64,000 bases of DNA from Setoptus koraiensis (taxonomy: Eukaryota > Animalia > Arthropoda), in contig CM106586.1 of assembly GCA_048013815.1 (NCBI GenBank), positions 9,920,001 to 9,984,000 of the forward strand. Direction: 5' to 3'. Positions 49,559 through 62,500 of this stretch are shown one piece after another; the stretch's first letter is position 1; every line of letters begins with the position of its first letter. The position numbers and the translations under genes are program-made. The notes beneath the pieces were generated by a model. That model saw nothing but the letters and a program-made list of their open reading frames with translations, was not told the origin of the DNA and searched no databases.

Positions 49559-52341
49559 TTAACATTTTGATTGTTTGCCTGATGGACCCACGTTTAGAAT
49601 GTACGGAAACCTGCAGCACAAAAGTGAGCAAGAGCTTTTCCGAATGGTTCCATAGTTGTCGTCTTCGTTCTCCGAATGATGGCCCGACGATGAGGATGAC
49701 GATATTTTACCCTCGCCCAAACCAGAGTCTGGGTTGCTCAAAATGATATCTCCTAGCTCCGTGCTGCAGTTGTCGTGTTGGCCCAATTTACCCTCTGCAT
49801 TGGTGGCAATTGTATTGTCTTCATCATCTACTGATGATTTCTGCTTAAAAGCCGTATCAATCTTTTTTGTATCCACTACACCACGATTAGACCGACATCT
49901 TGTGGCGCTAATAATCTGCTGTAGGTCACCTGTTGAGTTACAATTGATCATAGATGTATTGCATGAACTAGTGTAGCCGCTAGATGTTTGCTGTTGATTG
50001 TGGAAATCCAGTTGTTGGTGAATGCGTTTAATGGACGCTGACGAGTTACCCGATATCTGGATCAATTCTCTCAAGCAGCGATGGCAAGGCTTTTTGTCGC
50101 AATCATTTAATTGGTGTGGGCACCCGCTCAATATTTCGTCATGGTGACTGTTGCTCGGATGTGATCTATTCTTAAGCGTGCTAGAATTATTAGTGGAACT
50201 AGAGCAACCCGATGATGTCGAGCAAGCCTTGTTGGATTGGTGATCTTCGTCGCAATAAGACGACGATCGCAGCGGCGTAGGCTTCCTAACCTTGCTATAG
50301 AGTTGTTGATTGCAGTTGCTCTCTGTTGCACCGTTGTCCAAAGAGGTCTCATGAAGATCGTTGTTTACTGTTGTAAGCGACGATAGATGATTCATTATAG
50401 ACGAATGAGAACAACAGTCATCATCTTCATGGTTGTTGTTCAGTGGTGGCAACGGTATAAGCGACAACGAATTTGATGAACTCATCATTTTCACCTGTTC
50501 TAGTGATAACGATTGTTGACAATCGTCGGTCTGTTGTTTCAATGGCGTTATTATTGTGGTCAATTGTTGCAAAAACTGTTCCAATTTCAATTGTTTGGGT
50601 GGCTCAGCGACCACGTCCGACATGGTTTCACTCTGACTCTGTATGTCGATATCGGGGAAGGCGTTGCTGCTTAGGTGTCGTTGATTGGTATCATTTTGAT
50701 CCTCGTCAAGACATCCGATAATTCGAGGATCGGAACTTGTGAGACTGTCGTGAATAGAGGGTGCCCTAGGAAATGGCGGAGTTTCAGCACGCGGTGATTG
50801 CGAGTCAAGTTCGGCGCTGTGCTGGCCTTCGGATGGACAATGACAATCTATCATGTAGAGTTTGGTCCTTGAGAGATTGTCATTGTTTCTAGACAGACAC
50901 TGTCGCCGTTCGACAATGCATGTGTTGCTTCTATTATGCGGCGCTTTATCTATTTGCCTGTCAGAGTGGCCGATTCTCAAGAATGGTATCCTTCTCGGAG
51001 ACAGCAACAATGCATTGAGATCGACCTTCTCTGAGAGTCTTCCTTTAATTCTGGCGCGTTCCTTTGGCTGGCCAGAGCCGGCATTTGATTGATTATGAAC
51101 CACCGTGTCAATACTAGATTGCGACGTTAACGACGACGATCCATGATGATCGACAAAACCGCTGGTGGTGTTGGTGATATCGTTCATTCTGTGTCCGCTA
51201 CTACTGCCACCTATACTTATGTCATTGTTGTCGATGTTGTTGTTCTCCTGCTGTTCGATATTGTTTTGTTGTTCACTGTACATCCTCATGAAACGCTTTC
51301 GCCTCTGCAAGCGCATCGCTGAGAATTGTTGCATAATCAAGGCCAATTTAGACAGGTCAACATTATTCTTGAAGGTCATTTCACAGTCATTCAAATGGAC
51401 TAGGACGAGCGATTTAGTTAGAGCGCCATTGAGATAGGCCTTTAGGAATGACATGAGTATAGTTTGTTGTTCATGCGTAGCACGCCTATTAGTGGTGATA
51501 TGCTTTTGGCAGCCATCAGTGGCTAATTGTGTCTTAGATCTATTGGAGAGCATTGATATCAAATGGTGCGACCATCCGTTTGCCTCATTCAGATTAGTTT
51601 CGCTCGGATGAAGATCGAGCAAACAAAATCTGGAGCTGCTTGTGAACACCTCGCGATCACCGTCGCCAATATCGTTGTTATTGATTGATTTGGTGGTCTT
51701 GGTCAGGGTGACTTTCATTATCATGTTAGGCAAAGATTGGTATTGATGAAGAGATTGTTGCGGTTGTTTTGTTTGCAGTTGGCACAATTCATTGTATCTG
51801 AGCCACACCGATTGAAGTATATCCATAAAATCTTGCGTTTTATCACATCGCCTCTCCACTTGTCTCGCATCGATGTCCCTGTAGAGCAAATCGGCCGATG
51901 ACGACGCCGGTCTGCTCGCTGTTGAAGACACCGCAATGGTCATGTTACGCAAATCACCGTCCAACAACAGATCATAGATACACGAGCTGGGGGCGCCAGG
52001 GTCATCAACCGTTGAACTGCCGTTTGACTTACGGTCTAAGTGGTCTTGCTGTTCCAATGGATGATGCTGCGCAACAGCTAAACATTTCAGGCTAATTTGG
52101 TAGCTAATGTCAATTTGATCTTGCTCGTTTGTTGTTGATGCTTTTCTCCTTGTTTCAACAGTGTCTAACATTAGTCGATCAATGAGTTGATAGCAGTAAA
52201 TCATGGATTTGGGTATCATGGCTTCTATGATGTTATCTGGACAACAATCTGAATTTGCTGTAGCATGTTTACCATTAGTTAAGTGATGGTCGAACATTGT
52301 TAACGGGGATGCTGGACCGAACATGGTTGATTGAGTTTGCC
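49559..52341 (-). CDS. KIF26: KIF26/VAB-8-like (kinesin-11) degenerate motor protein, exon 3
   Basis: Acceptor tattaacag|GG at 52342/52341, phase 1. Motor elements in kinesin order: TMFG, MIPKSMIYCYQLI, YQISLKCLAV, IYDLL, SRFCLLDLHPSE, LMSFLKAYLNG..KSLVLVHL, LQRRKR. A long disordered Ser/Asn-rich tail follows, as in KIF26. Confidence 0.72.
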
Positions 52342-54838
52342 CTGTTAATAGTTGATACAGAGCAAGATGCAGAATTGCCAGAGATATACAGAGCGGGAGA
52401 GAAAGAGAAAAGATTACTATTGAGATAATTCATTTATGAAATTAGCAATTAATTGATGCGATACATTACATTAATGTATCGCTCACAAGTTAGTCGCATT
52501 GGCGATTGCAAAAGTTTTAGTTTTGGTTGTTTATTATTGTATAATTACAACCAACAGCGACGAGATTTGGCCGTAACACAAAGGGCCGTACACATTGTTG
52601 AGAGAGAGGGAGAGAGAGAGAGAGGAAAAACAACATGATCCAAAACACGATAGCAACGAGACAGAAACAAACAAACAAATAAATAAATAACCAGTCTTGT
52701 TTGCGTGTTTAGCCACTTGCCATCTCAACAATTGAATGATGCTCCTTTTGATTGTGACCAGTTGGTTCCGTCTTTGCTGTTGTTGCTGCTGCTGCCAGCA
52801 CCACTTGTGTGTGGCTGTCATAATTTTGTTTTAAAGTGATGTAGGCTCACAATGACAGAAACAACTGGAAAATGGCAATAAAGTTGGCCTGTTTAACTTG
52901 TTGCCCTGAGCCAAATCGAGCGTGCCGTCCTACCCTAGTCAACATAACAATTAGGCACCAACTGATTTTATTTCAGTTCTTTCCATTTCGCTAATTAACT
53001 TTAATTGTTTCAAGTTGGATAATAAGCTAGCTGAGCAGTAGACGCTGTTCGCTACTATCCAGACTTGATCTTTTGCTTTTGAGCACTCCGGATGTTTTTG
53101 TTGTTTGCAGTAAGGTGATGGCTTTAGGACACTTGCTGGAAGAGAGACCTGTCCGAAACAACAACTACAGGCGCCAACACAATTTTGATTTTTGCCATTC
53201 TCTTCTCAACTATAACTTGCAATGTCCATCCACACACCACCAACATCATCATGCATGCCTCCAGGTGGACTTCTAGGTGCACAATTACTACCAGGAACAC
53301 GGCCAATTGAATGGTTCTTCTTCTTCTCGTTTCTGCTAGCGGAGTATCTTTCTCGAGAAGAGATGTCTCATGCAATGTTTGCTAGCAGTTACATGTTGCT
53401 CTGCCCAACAAGCAGCAGCAACAACAACGAATACGAACCAGGTGACGATATCATGGAGGAAATCTTTTAATACACTCTTTATCGCTACATGTGATGTTGA
53501 TTCAACCGCTAAGTTAGCAGTGACACACAAAATGAAGCGGAAATGGAGACTCCATTAGTTAGCATTTTTGCATTTGTTGCTGTCACGTTATCTGGGTTGG
53601 CCATTGTTTCATCAACGGCAGCAGTAGATCAACAACAACAACAAAAGAAAAAGTAGGAAGCCTCTTCGAGAGAAAACAAAGTACGAGTTCTTGCAGAGTG
53701 TTGACAAATGCCATCGAGATGTCGTACACAATCTGGGTCTGGATGGAGTTGTGTATGCGACAAACAACAATCTGACGGGTTGTTTGTCTTGTAACTGTAA
53801 TTTGTTCATATACACATGCCTTGCATGCTACTGACGATTGCAAACTAATCATCGTCATATGAAGATGATCGATCTCTAGTATGCAAAGTGCCTTTGTTCA
53901 CATAATATTTACACATACATATATGATATAATTGACCTCCCTCGATGGCGTTATAGTTAACTGCAGATATTTTCAAGCTAGCCACACGCCAACTACTAAA
54001 TGTGCTGTAACACGGCCCAATTTACTGTTAGTATTTGCGCCATCACATAAGCGCATTAGCATAGCCGAGGCTTGGACGTTAATTTCAAACTGATTGCTCG
54101 CTATCTCATCATTATCGGGCAACTTTGTGTATGTTTATTTGTTACGCTCTCACTTGATTTCATACGCAACAATAGGATTATTGAACTGTTTGCTCAAGAG
54201 CATCACATTACCATGAACGATTCGCAGTCCAACAAGTCCAATAAACGTACTGCTCTCTTACGCAACAACTGACCTGTATTCGTTGGTTGTGTAAATCAGT
54301 TCAATCACATTGGCTGTGTTGGCTTCTTCTTTTTTTCTGACTCGCTCTTTCTCTGTTAGTTGGACCGCAACCAGAGCTGGTCAATCGCCGATCGTGTGCC
54401 GACAAGTCAATCAGGTCTGTTAATGGGTCGTTTCAATTAACCAAAAGTCAACTATCTACCGTCAATAATTATTGACTAGAGACATTGGCAAAAACATGCA
54501 ATTGTATCTCGGCTAGCCGATAGTGCCAATGTATCTGTCGGCATGAGCTGAATATCATTGGTTGACCACTTGAATCTTCAATTATCACATTATATACATT
54601 ATTTAGAATGAAAGCATGGGCAATGGCATAACGAAACTAGGTAATAAAAGAAGAAGCCCGGATTCACTTTCTTGCGTGTATCAACATCGGCGGCCTCACT
54701 CAATAATTTGTCTAACTAACACTACCACTACCACTGCTTTCGAGCTGAAGAATTGCTAACTCGTTGGAGAATGTGTTGACCGTTACTTCGTTAGAGTTGT
54801 CGCTGACCAACGTTTATCCCAATTGTATCACTACTCAC

Positions 54839-54944
54839 CTGAATCATTGCCTAGGCTCACGATACAGGCATCGGTGCCGTGAATAATGAATGATTTGATG
54901 AGTGATTTAATCATCAGATCAAATTTGGAACTCTGTGGTGTTAT
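54839..54944 (-). CDS. KIF26: KIF26-like exon 2 (106 nt): ITPQSSKFDLMIKSLIKSFIIHGTDACIVSLGNDS-G
   Basis: aaaccag acceptor and gtgagt donor. Phase 0 in and phase 1 out exactly bridge exons 1 and 3. The peptide matches the kinesin alpha1/beta3 segment (KIF26 VIQSVVNGADGCVFCFG). Not in the ORF track. Confidence 0.78.
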
Positions 54945-55128
54945 CTGGTTTTAGTTAGGGCGGATAAACAAGATAGGAATTGATTAGTATTAGTTGAAAG
55001 TTGCAGGTTAATGCATACTGCTGCAAGCAACAAGCAAATAATCATCGAGCAAGTCAGTTGGAATGAAAAAAACGACGGAATCAATTCTACTGCTAGTGAT
55101 TCTTTTTTTCTTCTCATTATTGACTCAC

Positions 55129-56580
55129 CTGGTATGTTGACGAACTTGTCGCCGCTGGCCTCTGACATAGATGCCATGACAACTGATTCTCGACTGATGT
55201 CTTTTGGCGACAATCCACAATACCTTCAAACCGGAATCTGTTACATTGTTGCTGATGATGTAATAGCGGGTTTCGTTTCTGTTTTGATCTATGGTGCTTC
55301 ACTAGCTCAAATGGATTTTCAATATGAAGATGTTGACCGTCTTGGTGAACATTCAAATATTGTTTGTTGTTGTTGTTATCGACATTGGCGGATGTTTGTT
55401 GTAGCGAGGGTGCGGCAAATTGACGACACGGTCCACATTTACAACCATTTCTCGATCTGATACCGCCATTCACTAACTTGCAAATCAGACGTAACTCTCC
55501 AATTGGATGGTTATAATCTGACGCCATCTCTTGTGCTTGCTCATTTGTATTCTGCTTTGCTGATATTGTTTGGTGTTGTAGTTGTCGTTGGTTTTGTCGT
55601 TTGGACCAATTCAAATAGTCATAATTCAAAAGATCCGACGCGCTGCCGCTTATGATTTGCTGAGGATGGAGATTTGATTTACTTGATCGGTGGTTGTGGT
55701 GTGATTGCAACAACACCTGGTCGTGACGCTGATTACCATTTTGATAAATTGGCCTGCATAAAGTACCTTGTCTGCTTGTGAACTGGTGGCTGCAATCTGA
55801 TGTTTGATAATTATTATCAATCTGTGTTGTCAATAGTTTATCTTGATGCTGCTTTTTGCAATTAATACTATTATCATTTGCGTAGGTGGAAACAAATAAC
55901 ATTTGATCTTGATCGAATGCGTCGTTTGATCGGAGGGCCCTAGTCGAATGTGTGTCTGGGGTTGGCGCAATTCTTTCAGCGCCACCTCGACGATAGTGGT
56001 GAGGTAACGAAGATACTCGACAACTGTTTCTTTTTTCAGCTCTCTGACTGTGGTGAGATCGTGTCTGATGTTTATTGGTGGTGTTGTTTTGGTAGTGGCC
56101 ACGATTTGATGATGACACCACTGACGACAAAACAGACGACGAGGCTGAGCTAGAGTCTTTGTGATCGCTGCTACCACAGTTTAAACCGGTCGCAGTATCG
56201 TAGACAAAGTGTTGCTGTTGTGTTGCTGACATTTGATCTAGTTGACTGGACGACCATTCTTCGTTGGTATCTTTCCTTAATTCATGACAATTGTCTCTAA
56301 ATACATCTACACTAGAAGCGACAGGTGCTACACGCGCAATCATTTTCATATTGGCTAGTTGATGGCAGTACTGAGTATAATCATCGTTGGGGCGTAGGTT
56401 GTTTGTGAATATCATTGGAGAATTGTTCAATACTGTTGTTGTTGTGGCTGTTGGACACGGCGACAACGATAATGCTGAGCACGACACGTCGTTGTTTGAA
56501 GGATGAGCATCTCGATGTTCATTGTTTTCACGATGCGATTGGTCTTCGTTTGAGTTGGTGGCATTGCTAGTCATGGTCAT
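55129..56580 (-). CDS. KIF26: KIF26-like exon 1 (484 codons; disordered N-terminus plus start of the motor domain)
   Basis: 487-codon ORF ending STYQ|gtgagt. Contains ELRLICKLV (beta1-like), HLHIENP and RFRFEGIV (FxFDxVF-like). Spliced protein is about 1446 aa. The start codon is uncertain. Confidence 0.7.
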
Positions 56581-59500
56581 TAGTGCAAACCGGCAAACTT
56601 TGCAGGCGTAGCATGAATACTTTTCACTGTGGAATGAATAAAATATATTTCATGGCTTAATATTGTTATTACATTTTCAATTATGCTTGCGACTGGTGGT
56701 CACTATCTCTCTTGTTGTCTCATATCGGGCTGGCGCGAGTGCTTGCTTGCAACCGGTGGCAACCGGAACATATAAAACGGTTGTCGATTTGCATGGATGC
56801 TTTTCGCTTCTTTCCTCGTTTTCTCGTTGCTTCACATGGCTTCTGCTTCTTCTTATTATTCTTGTGGCGCTTGCGAAAAAGCATGCAAACATCAGTTGCA
56901 TAAGAGGTGCTCTCAGTTGTTGTGTCCGGTTGATACTGACCACTTGAGAGAGTGTGTTTGTGCAAATCTTGCGATCAGCAGATGCTAATCGAAATTTGAC
57001 ACAACAGACTGACTTCTGTTGGCTGATATTCAGATTTGCAGTTGCTCTTTCGCTATAAAAGCACTCGCACAGGTCAAAAGCCCAGTGAGTTTGGTGGGCA
57101 GGCAACTGTGCTGCAAAGGTGGTGTTTGCGTTCCCTCCCACCCTACTTGCTCTAGACGATGCTGTTACGTAAGTTAGCGGCCGTTGCAGCTTCTTTCGCT
57201 GCTATCTATATGCATTTAAATATACTAATTGTTATAATAATATTATCAGTATCTTACAAATTGGCCGTAGTTTACTGCTAATTATCCATGCATCCTTGTC
57301 GCCTATGTAAGTATTTATATGACTGGCTATGTTCATTTATTATCTCTTCTTTTTTTACGCACGTCGTGCAATAATTCACTCGATGATTTGTGTTTTTATC
57401 TGGCTTCGTTTCGGTTTTAAAATAGAGCTCGATCGTTCACTTTTTTCTTTCTTGCCTCTATTGCTTATGGCTCGCTAATGATGCCGCTTGCCAAGAATTT
57501 ATGCGCTGGGCGAAGGGGGATCAGGGTTAAGATTGATTAATTGCGCACACAATTGGATACAATGAAGTGTGCTGCCAGCATCAGATCATGATTGCAGAAA
57601 TAAAACCACATCTAGGTGCGCAATTGGTCAATGGGACGATGATCGATTCCACCATCAAAGACCGATCAGAACTACCAGAGAGCGGCTCAGTTATCTGCTA
57701 TTTGTAAACACATAAATGGGATGCAAGATAAAAAGATGATGTTAATGAAAGTGTAATGGGTAGTAGGTGTTATCGTGCTTGTAACTACTAATGGTTATTC
57801 ATTCAGTTATATTTTAGACAAATCTTCTTCTCCAACTGGGAGATATGACCAAATCATGAGGGTAGAGATCAATTTATCTAGCTAGTTCTGAGTGTTTGTG
57901 TGTGCGAGTTGTAGTTAGTTTAGTTTTTTCTTCTTTCGCTTCAAGTCATCGAGGCATCGTAACGCCGGTTGTAGTTCAGTTGTATGTTCACTTGCGTAAT
58001 ATGTATATATTCAATTAACAAGTGCAAAAAGTAAGCAACCAGTTTATGGATAATCAATACCTGCACTTCGATTATTCAAAGCGGTAAGCTAACCCACATT
58101 CTGGTAGCTACTGTACGATCGCTTACCGGGGAGTAAGTTATATCTAGGAGCATGTACATTAGCGTTCGTGTTTCACTGTCCAGTTAGCTAACTGGCAGTA
58201 AATAGTCTGTCTGAAATATAGGTACAAGGCAGCAAGTGTGGAATTGCCAGATAGATCAGCACGATTTTTCTGCTTGCTGTCCATTTGGCGAGGTATGAGC
58301 ATACATGTTACGTATGTTTTGCCTATCATGAAGGGCCGATTCATTAGTACGAATGCAGTATGTAAAGAATTGCAAATTCCTCTACTCATAATGGTCGTCG
58401 TCGTCGTCATCGACGACGCCGTCGCAAGCTATTAAATTGCACGATGCTTTTAATTTACATATAATTGATTTTCAATCTTGAATTTCTTGTCGAGACTTCG
58501 TTAGTTTTGGTAATTAATGTAGCTGTTGTGGCAATTAAGTGCCAGTGGTAGCTGTGTTAGCGAATAGGCCAGGTGATGCCAGGTGAAGTGTTCTCGACAG
58601 CTACTTTCTTCTCTTGTGTGTGACCTCATGTGCTCATACAACGAACCGAGACTGCTAGATCAACTAACAATCATGCTGATTAGAGGAGTTTCGCATCAAT
58701 TTTGATTATCCGCTGAGTTCGATGGATTTCACTTCAAAAGCGACGCTGCCAATAGTTGATGCCTCTGGTCGGGCTTGCTGTTTTCAAACAATCGTGATTT
58801 CAGTTAATCAAGCTCCTCTGAACAAGTAGCCACATAACACCCTGTCCAGAGGAAGGAAAATTCAATCCAACTACCTCTACCTCTCTATCTCTCCCTGCGA
58901 TGCATGGGCCACGGGGATTATGCAGATTGCAGCAAGTAGATATTGTTGCTGGTTCGGGGAAGGAGGTGAAAGAATAAATGTCGTCGTGGCCAACAATAAC
59001 AGGGGATGGCTCTTGGGTAACCAACGACGTATTTTCGCCAAATAATTATCAAGTATCTCTCTCCGCCCTCTCTCTCTCCCTCTCTCTCTCTCTCGATTTT
59101 AAATTTGCCCATGATTAACCTATGAGCAAGACACATAGTGGTTACATCGTGATGTGGAAAAGTATTTGATCGAGGATGGCCGTCATTGTTGTGTGCGAGT
59201 GAATGGTCGCTGTTGATTAGTTCAATTGGTATCTCACAATAAACAACTCACACAGTTCAATTAATTTGCATAAGCTGATAGAGATAAAGATTATAGTCTT
59301 TTCGTTATGCACAATTTTCGTCACGCTTCGTCCCTTCAATTTTCAGACTGTTATCTGCTTCGAATGGGCGACAAGGCAGACTTTTTTGTTTGACACGAAA
59401 AGTGTGGTTTTGCACCAGACGATAGGTCATTGTTGTCATCAATGTGTTATTTCATTCTCCCACCCTCGTTGATAATCTTGGTGGTGATTTACCTTTATCT

Positions 59501-62500
59501 TGTTGTGTGTAACAAGAAACTCGCTCTTTTAGAAGTGGCTATCGCCAAAAAGAATAGCTGGCTTTTTAGTTCAGCTCACTCAGCTAACTGAAAGTATCGC
59601 CAGATAAGCCTTATTGATTCAAGTTGCTGGGGGCTCGGCTATCTCAGATGTTGATGATGATGGATGATTGGCGATAAGATGACTCGCCATGGTAGCCACC
59701 GGGGAAAGTATCCGCCAGCCAGACGCGGTAGCACGATAAGGCTCGCCAGGCGCTGCTGTTTGATATTTTCCGCCGTCAAGTTGCGTAACCTGGGAGATTT
59801 TGGCTAACATTGATATCATTGTCAATATTATGGTGAAATACGTATCGCCGACATACGTACACGCAGGACATTTTATGAATTTTCCAACTGAATTTGCACA
59901 CACGCCAGTTACATAACTATGCTCAGGTTGGGCAAAGTTAACAAGCCGCCACTGAGTATCACACATAGCTCGTACATTTGATTTTGACGAGAAACCAATT
60001 GGACAGGCTGTTTGAATATATTATGATGCATGGCAAATTTTGAGATTCTCATCGAGACTCTCAGTTCAGGCAGTTCAATCAGTGGAGCAGTGGTTGCGTG
60101 CTCACAAGTTGTCAGTGATATTTTTATCTACTTCCAATACCTATATGTATTATGCAAATATGATATTACATGTGTATTTGTTTACGTGGCTCACATTATT
60201 ACATGTTGCCACATGTGTGTGCAGTTGGTGATCTAATATAGATTGCATTGTGGTCGGGCCTCCACCAATATCGTGGGCACATCAGTCGACGCTATGTCGA
60301 AGATATAATATGTGTGTGTGTGTGTCGCAAGTGGAGTAGTTTTAGATGTTTCCAATGATAGACAGATTGCGCTTGAGTAGTCTCGCGAGATTCGCCCGCT
60401 TCTGTTCCCCTCAATAACAATTACATCATACACTGACATTGCTTGGCTGGCGGTATTTATATTTATATCTTTACACTGGCGTGTGTATGTTTTGTGCAGT
60501 TGTTGTTTACATGTTACATACATATAACATGTATGTTACATGATGTAAGCAGTCAGTGTAAGCAGTTTACTGACCCGCCGAGATTACGTTTGCGTCTGAT
60601 TATACACACACGCATAATCACATAACGAACGAGATAATTACCGTCTATATGGACGCAATAACTTGCATGAAAATAGAAAGGGGAAATGCTGATCTACTTA
60701 CTGATGCGATTGCCGGCGGTCGTTTACGAGTTGCTTGCTCAATTGTCTTCTTCGGTGGCTGGAATAATTCAATATGGCCGATTCCGGCGAGTGCACACAA
60801 TCTTGTGGAGCACACTTGCACTTGGATGTCCGTTTGGCCGGTTACACTCGCAAGGTGGCTGTCCCTTCATCTGGTGCAATCTCCAGTGTGTCCAGATCTG
60901 TCCAGTGTATCATTGCACAAATGTTAACATTATTTAAAATACAAAAATAATTGCTGCAAATTAGAGATAGATTGATCACTTTGGGAGGGATAATGATGGC
61001 AATGCTACTGTGATACTTGTGGCGATAAAAATAAATAAATAAACAGAACGTCTCCGTGGACAGCACATCGGAAAATGGGGCGGATTTCGGGTATTACACG
61101 GGCAGTGTCGGTTAGCGTCACCCACCAACCGATGCCAGCAGACTGGTAGCGCACGCGCGCAGCCAGCCCCAAACTCTTTCTGTGCGCTTTTTGGTGCGCG
61201 CGCGCACGAGATAAAATAGGGCTCCCTGTTAGGGAGTCCCTAAGTAGGGAGCAGCGTGGCCAGGCATTACTCCAAATATTACATACACATATCCAGATAT
61301 TGCTGTGACTTCCACGCCGCTCTGCTGCACTAAAATATATTGGGCCAGATATTATGTAATAATAATAATGGTATCTGTATACTTTATGTTTATTGGAGTA
61401 TTTGTAGTTATTTATTTATTGTTATTATGGCAAAAGGCGTGTCGAATGGTCAGGCGACGACGCAGCAGAGACGACTTCTAGCGCGCCAGGCCAACAAAAA
61501 CAAAGGCCAACAAAAACAATGGCCGCCTGATTGATGCCAGCCATTCGCTGGCTCAATTTAAACCCCATTCTGGCCAGCAATACCCCAACTTGACAGCTCG
61601 CATTCTAGCCAGCGATACCCCAACTTGGCAACCCGGCTGTCGCAACTGATATTGGGGTATTCCGTTGCCCACTTTCTTTTTTTTTTTAATTCCTCTCCAT
61701 TCCATGCTGCTCGGCGGCCAGATTGCCCCATCACAAATAGACTGGGGATAATCTAATAAAAGAGAGAAACATTTCTTCTGTACAGTGCAGACTATTATCG
61801 AGCAGTGCAAGTAAAACATGACGACCATTGTCATTTTGGACAGGCCAGGAAATTCGCGGAGAAATTCATCGGACGAGCCGAGCACGACGCAATCACTTTC
61901 ATGGGCCTATCACAACAAAACAACGAAATAAAAAACTGTTTCAGCCGGGCCCGCAGTCACGCCAAACAAACTAGCGGATCACTTGCGCCGAGATATTCCT
62001 CAAGGAGAGAGCTATCGCAAACGGGGGACGCTATCAATGATGATCTAAATTGCAACGGTTCCCCCTATCCCCTATTTCTTATGCCTTGTATTTTGCTACC
62101 CTCGTATTTCTCTACGCCACTGAGGACCATTGGCGGCTGCCGTTGCAGTAGCAGCAGAGGCAGCAGTTTGTGCTCGCATGGCAATAAATCTTGTAGTGCC
62201 GCCGATGGTCACAGATGCTATGAAACAACAGCTACAACTTAATAATCGATGTTCTCTTGCCGGCCAGTCGTCCAAGTCACAAGTTAGCAACGGCAGCAAT
62301 ATATAACAAGAGAGTACTGCCGCCGATATTGTCGATAATTTGCTGCTTCAATGCGATTGATGCCAGCAGCGTCTATGCGTACAACTTCCGGCATGGCGCA
62401 CGGCCACCGTCTGGGGCCCCCGAACGAGAGTTGCCGACCAGCCGGCCGGCCAGCTAGCGTCAACTGCGTGCGATGATAATGCAGACAGAATACATGGGTT

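Noticed and set aside
61221-61270. Helitron 3' terminal hairpin
   Set aside because: No CTRR terminus at the expected distance on either strand and no Rep/helicase remnants seen.
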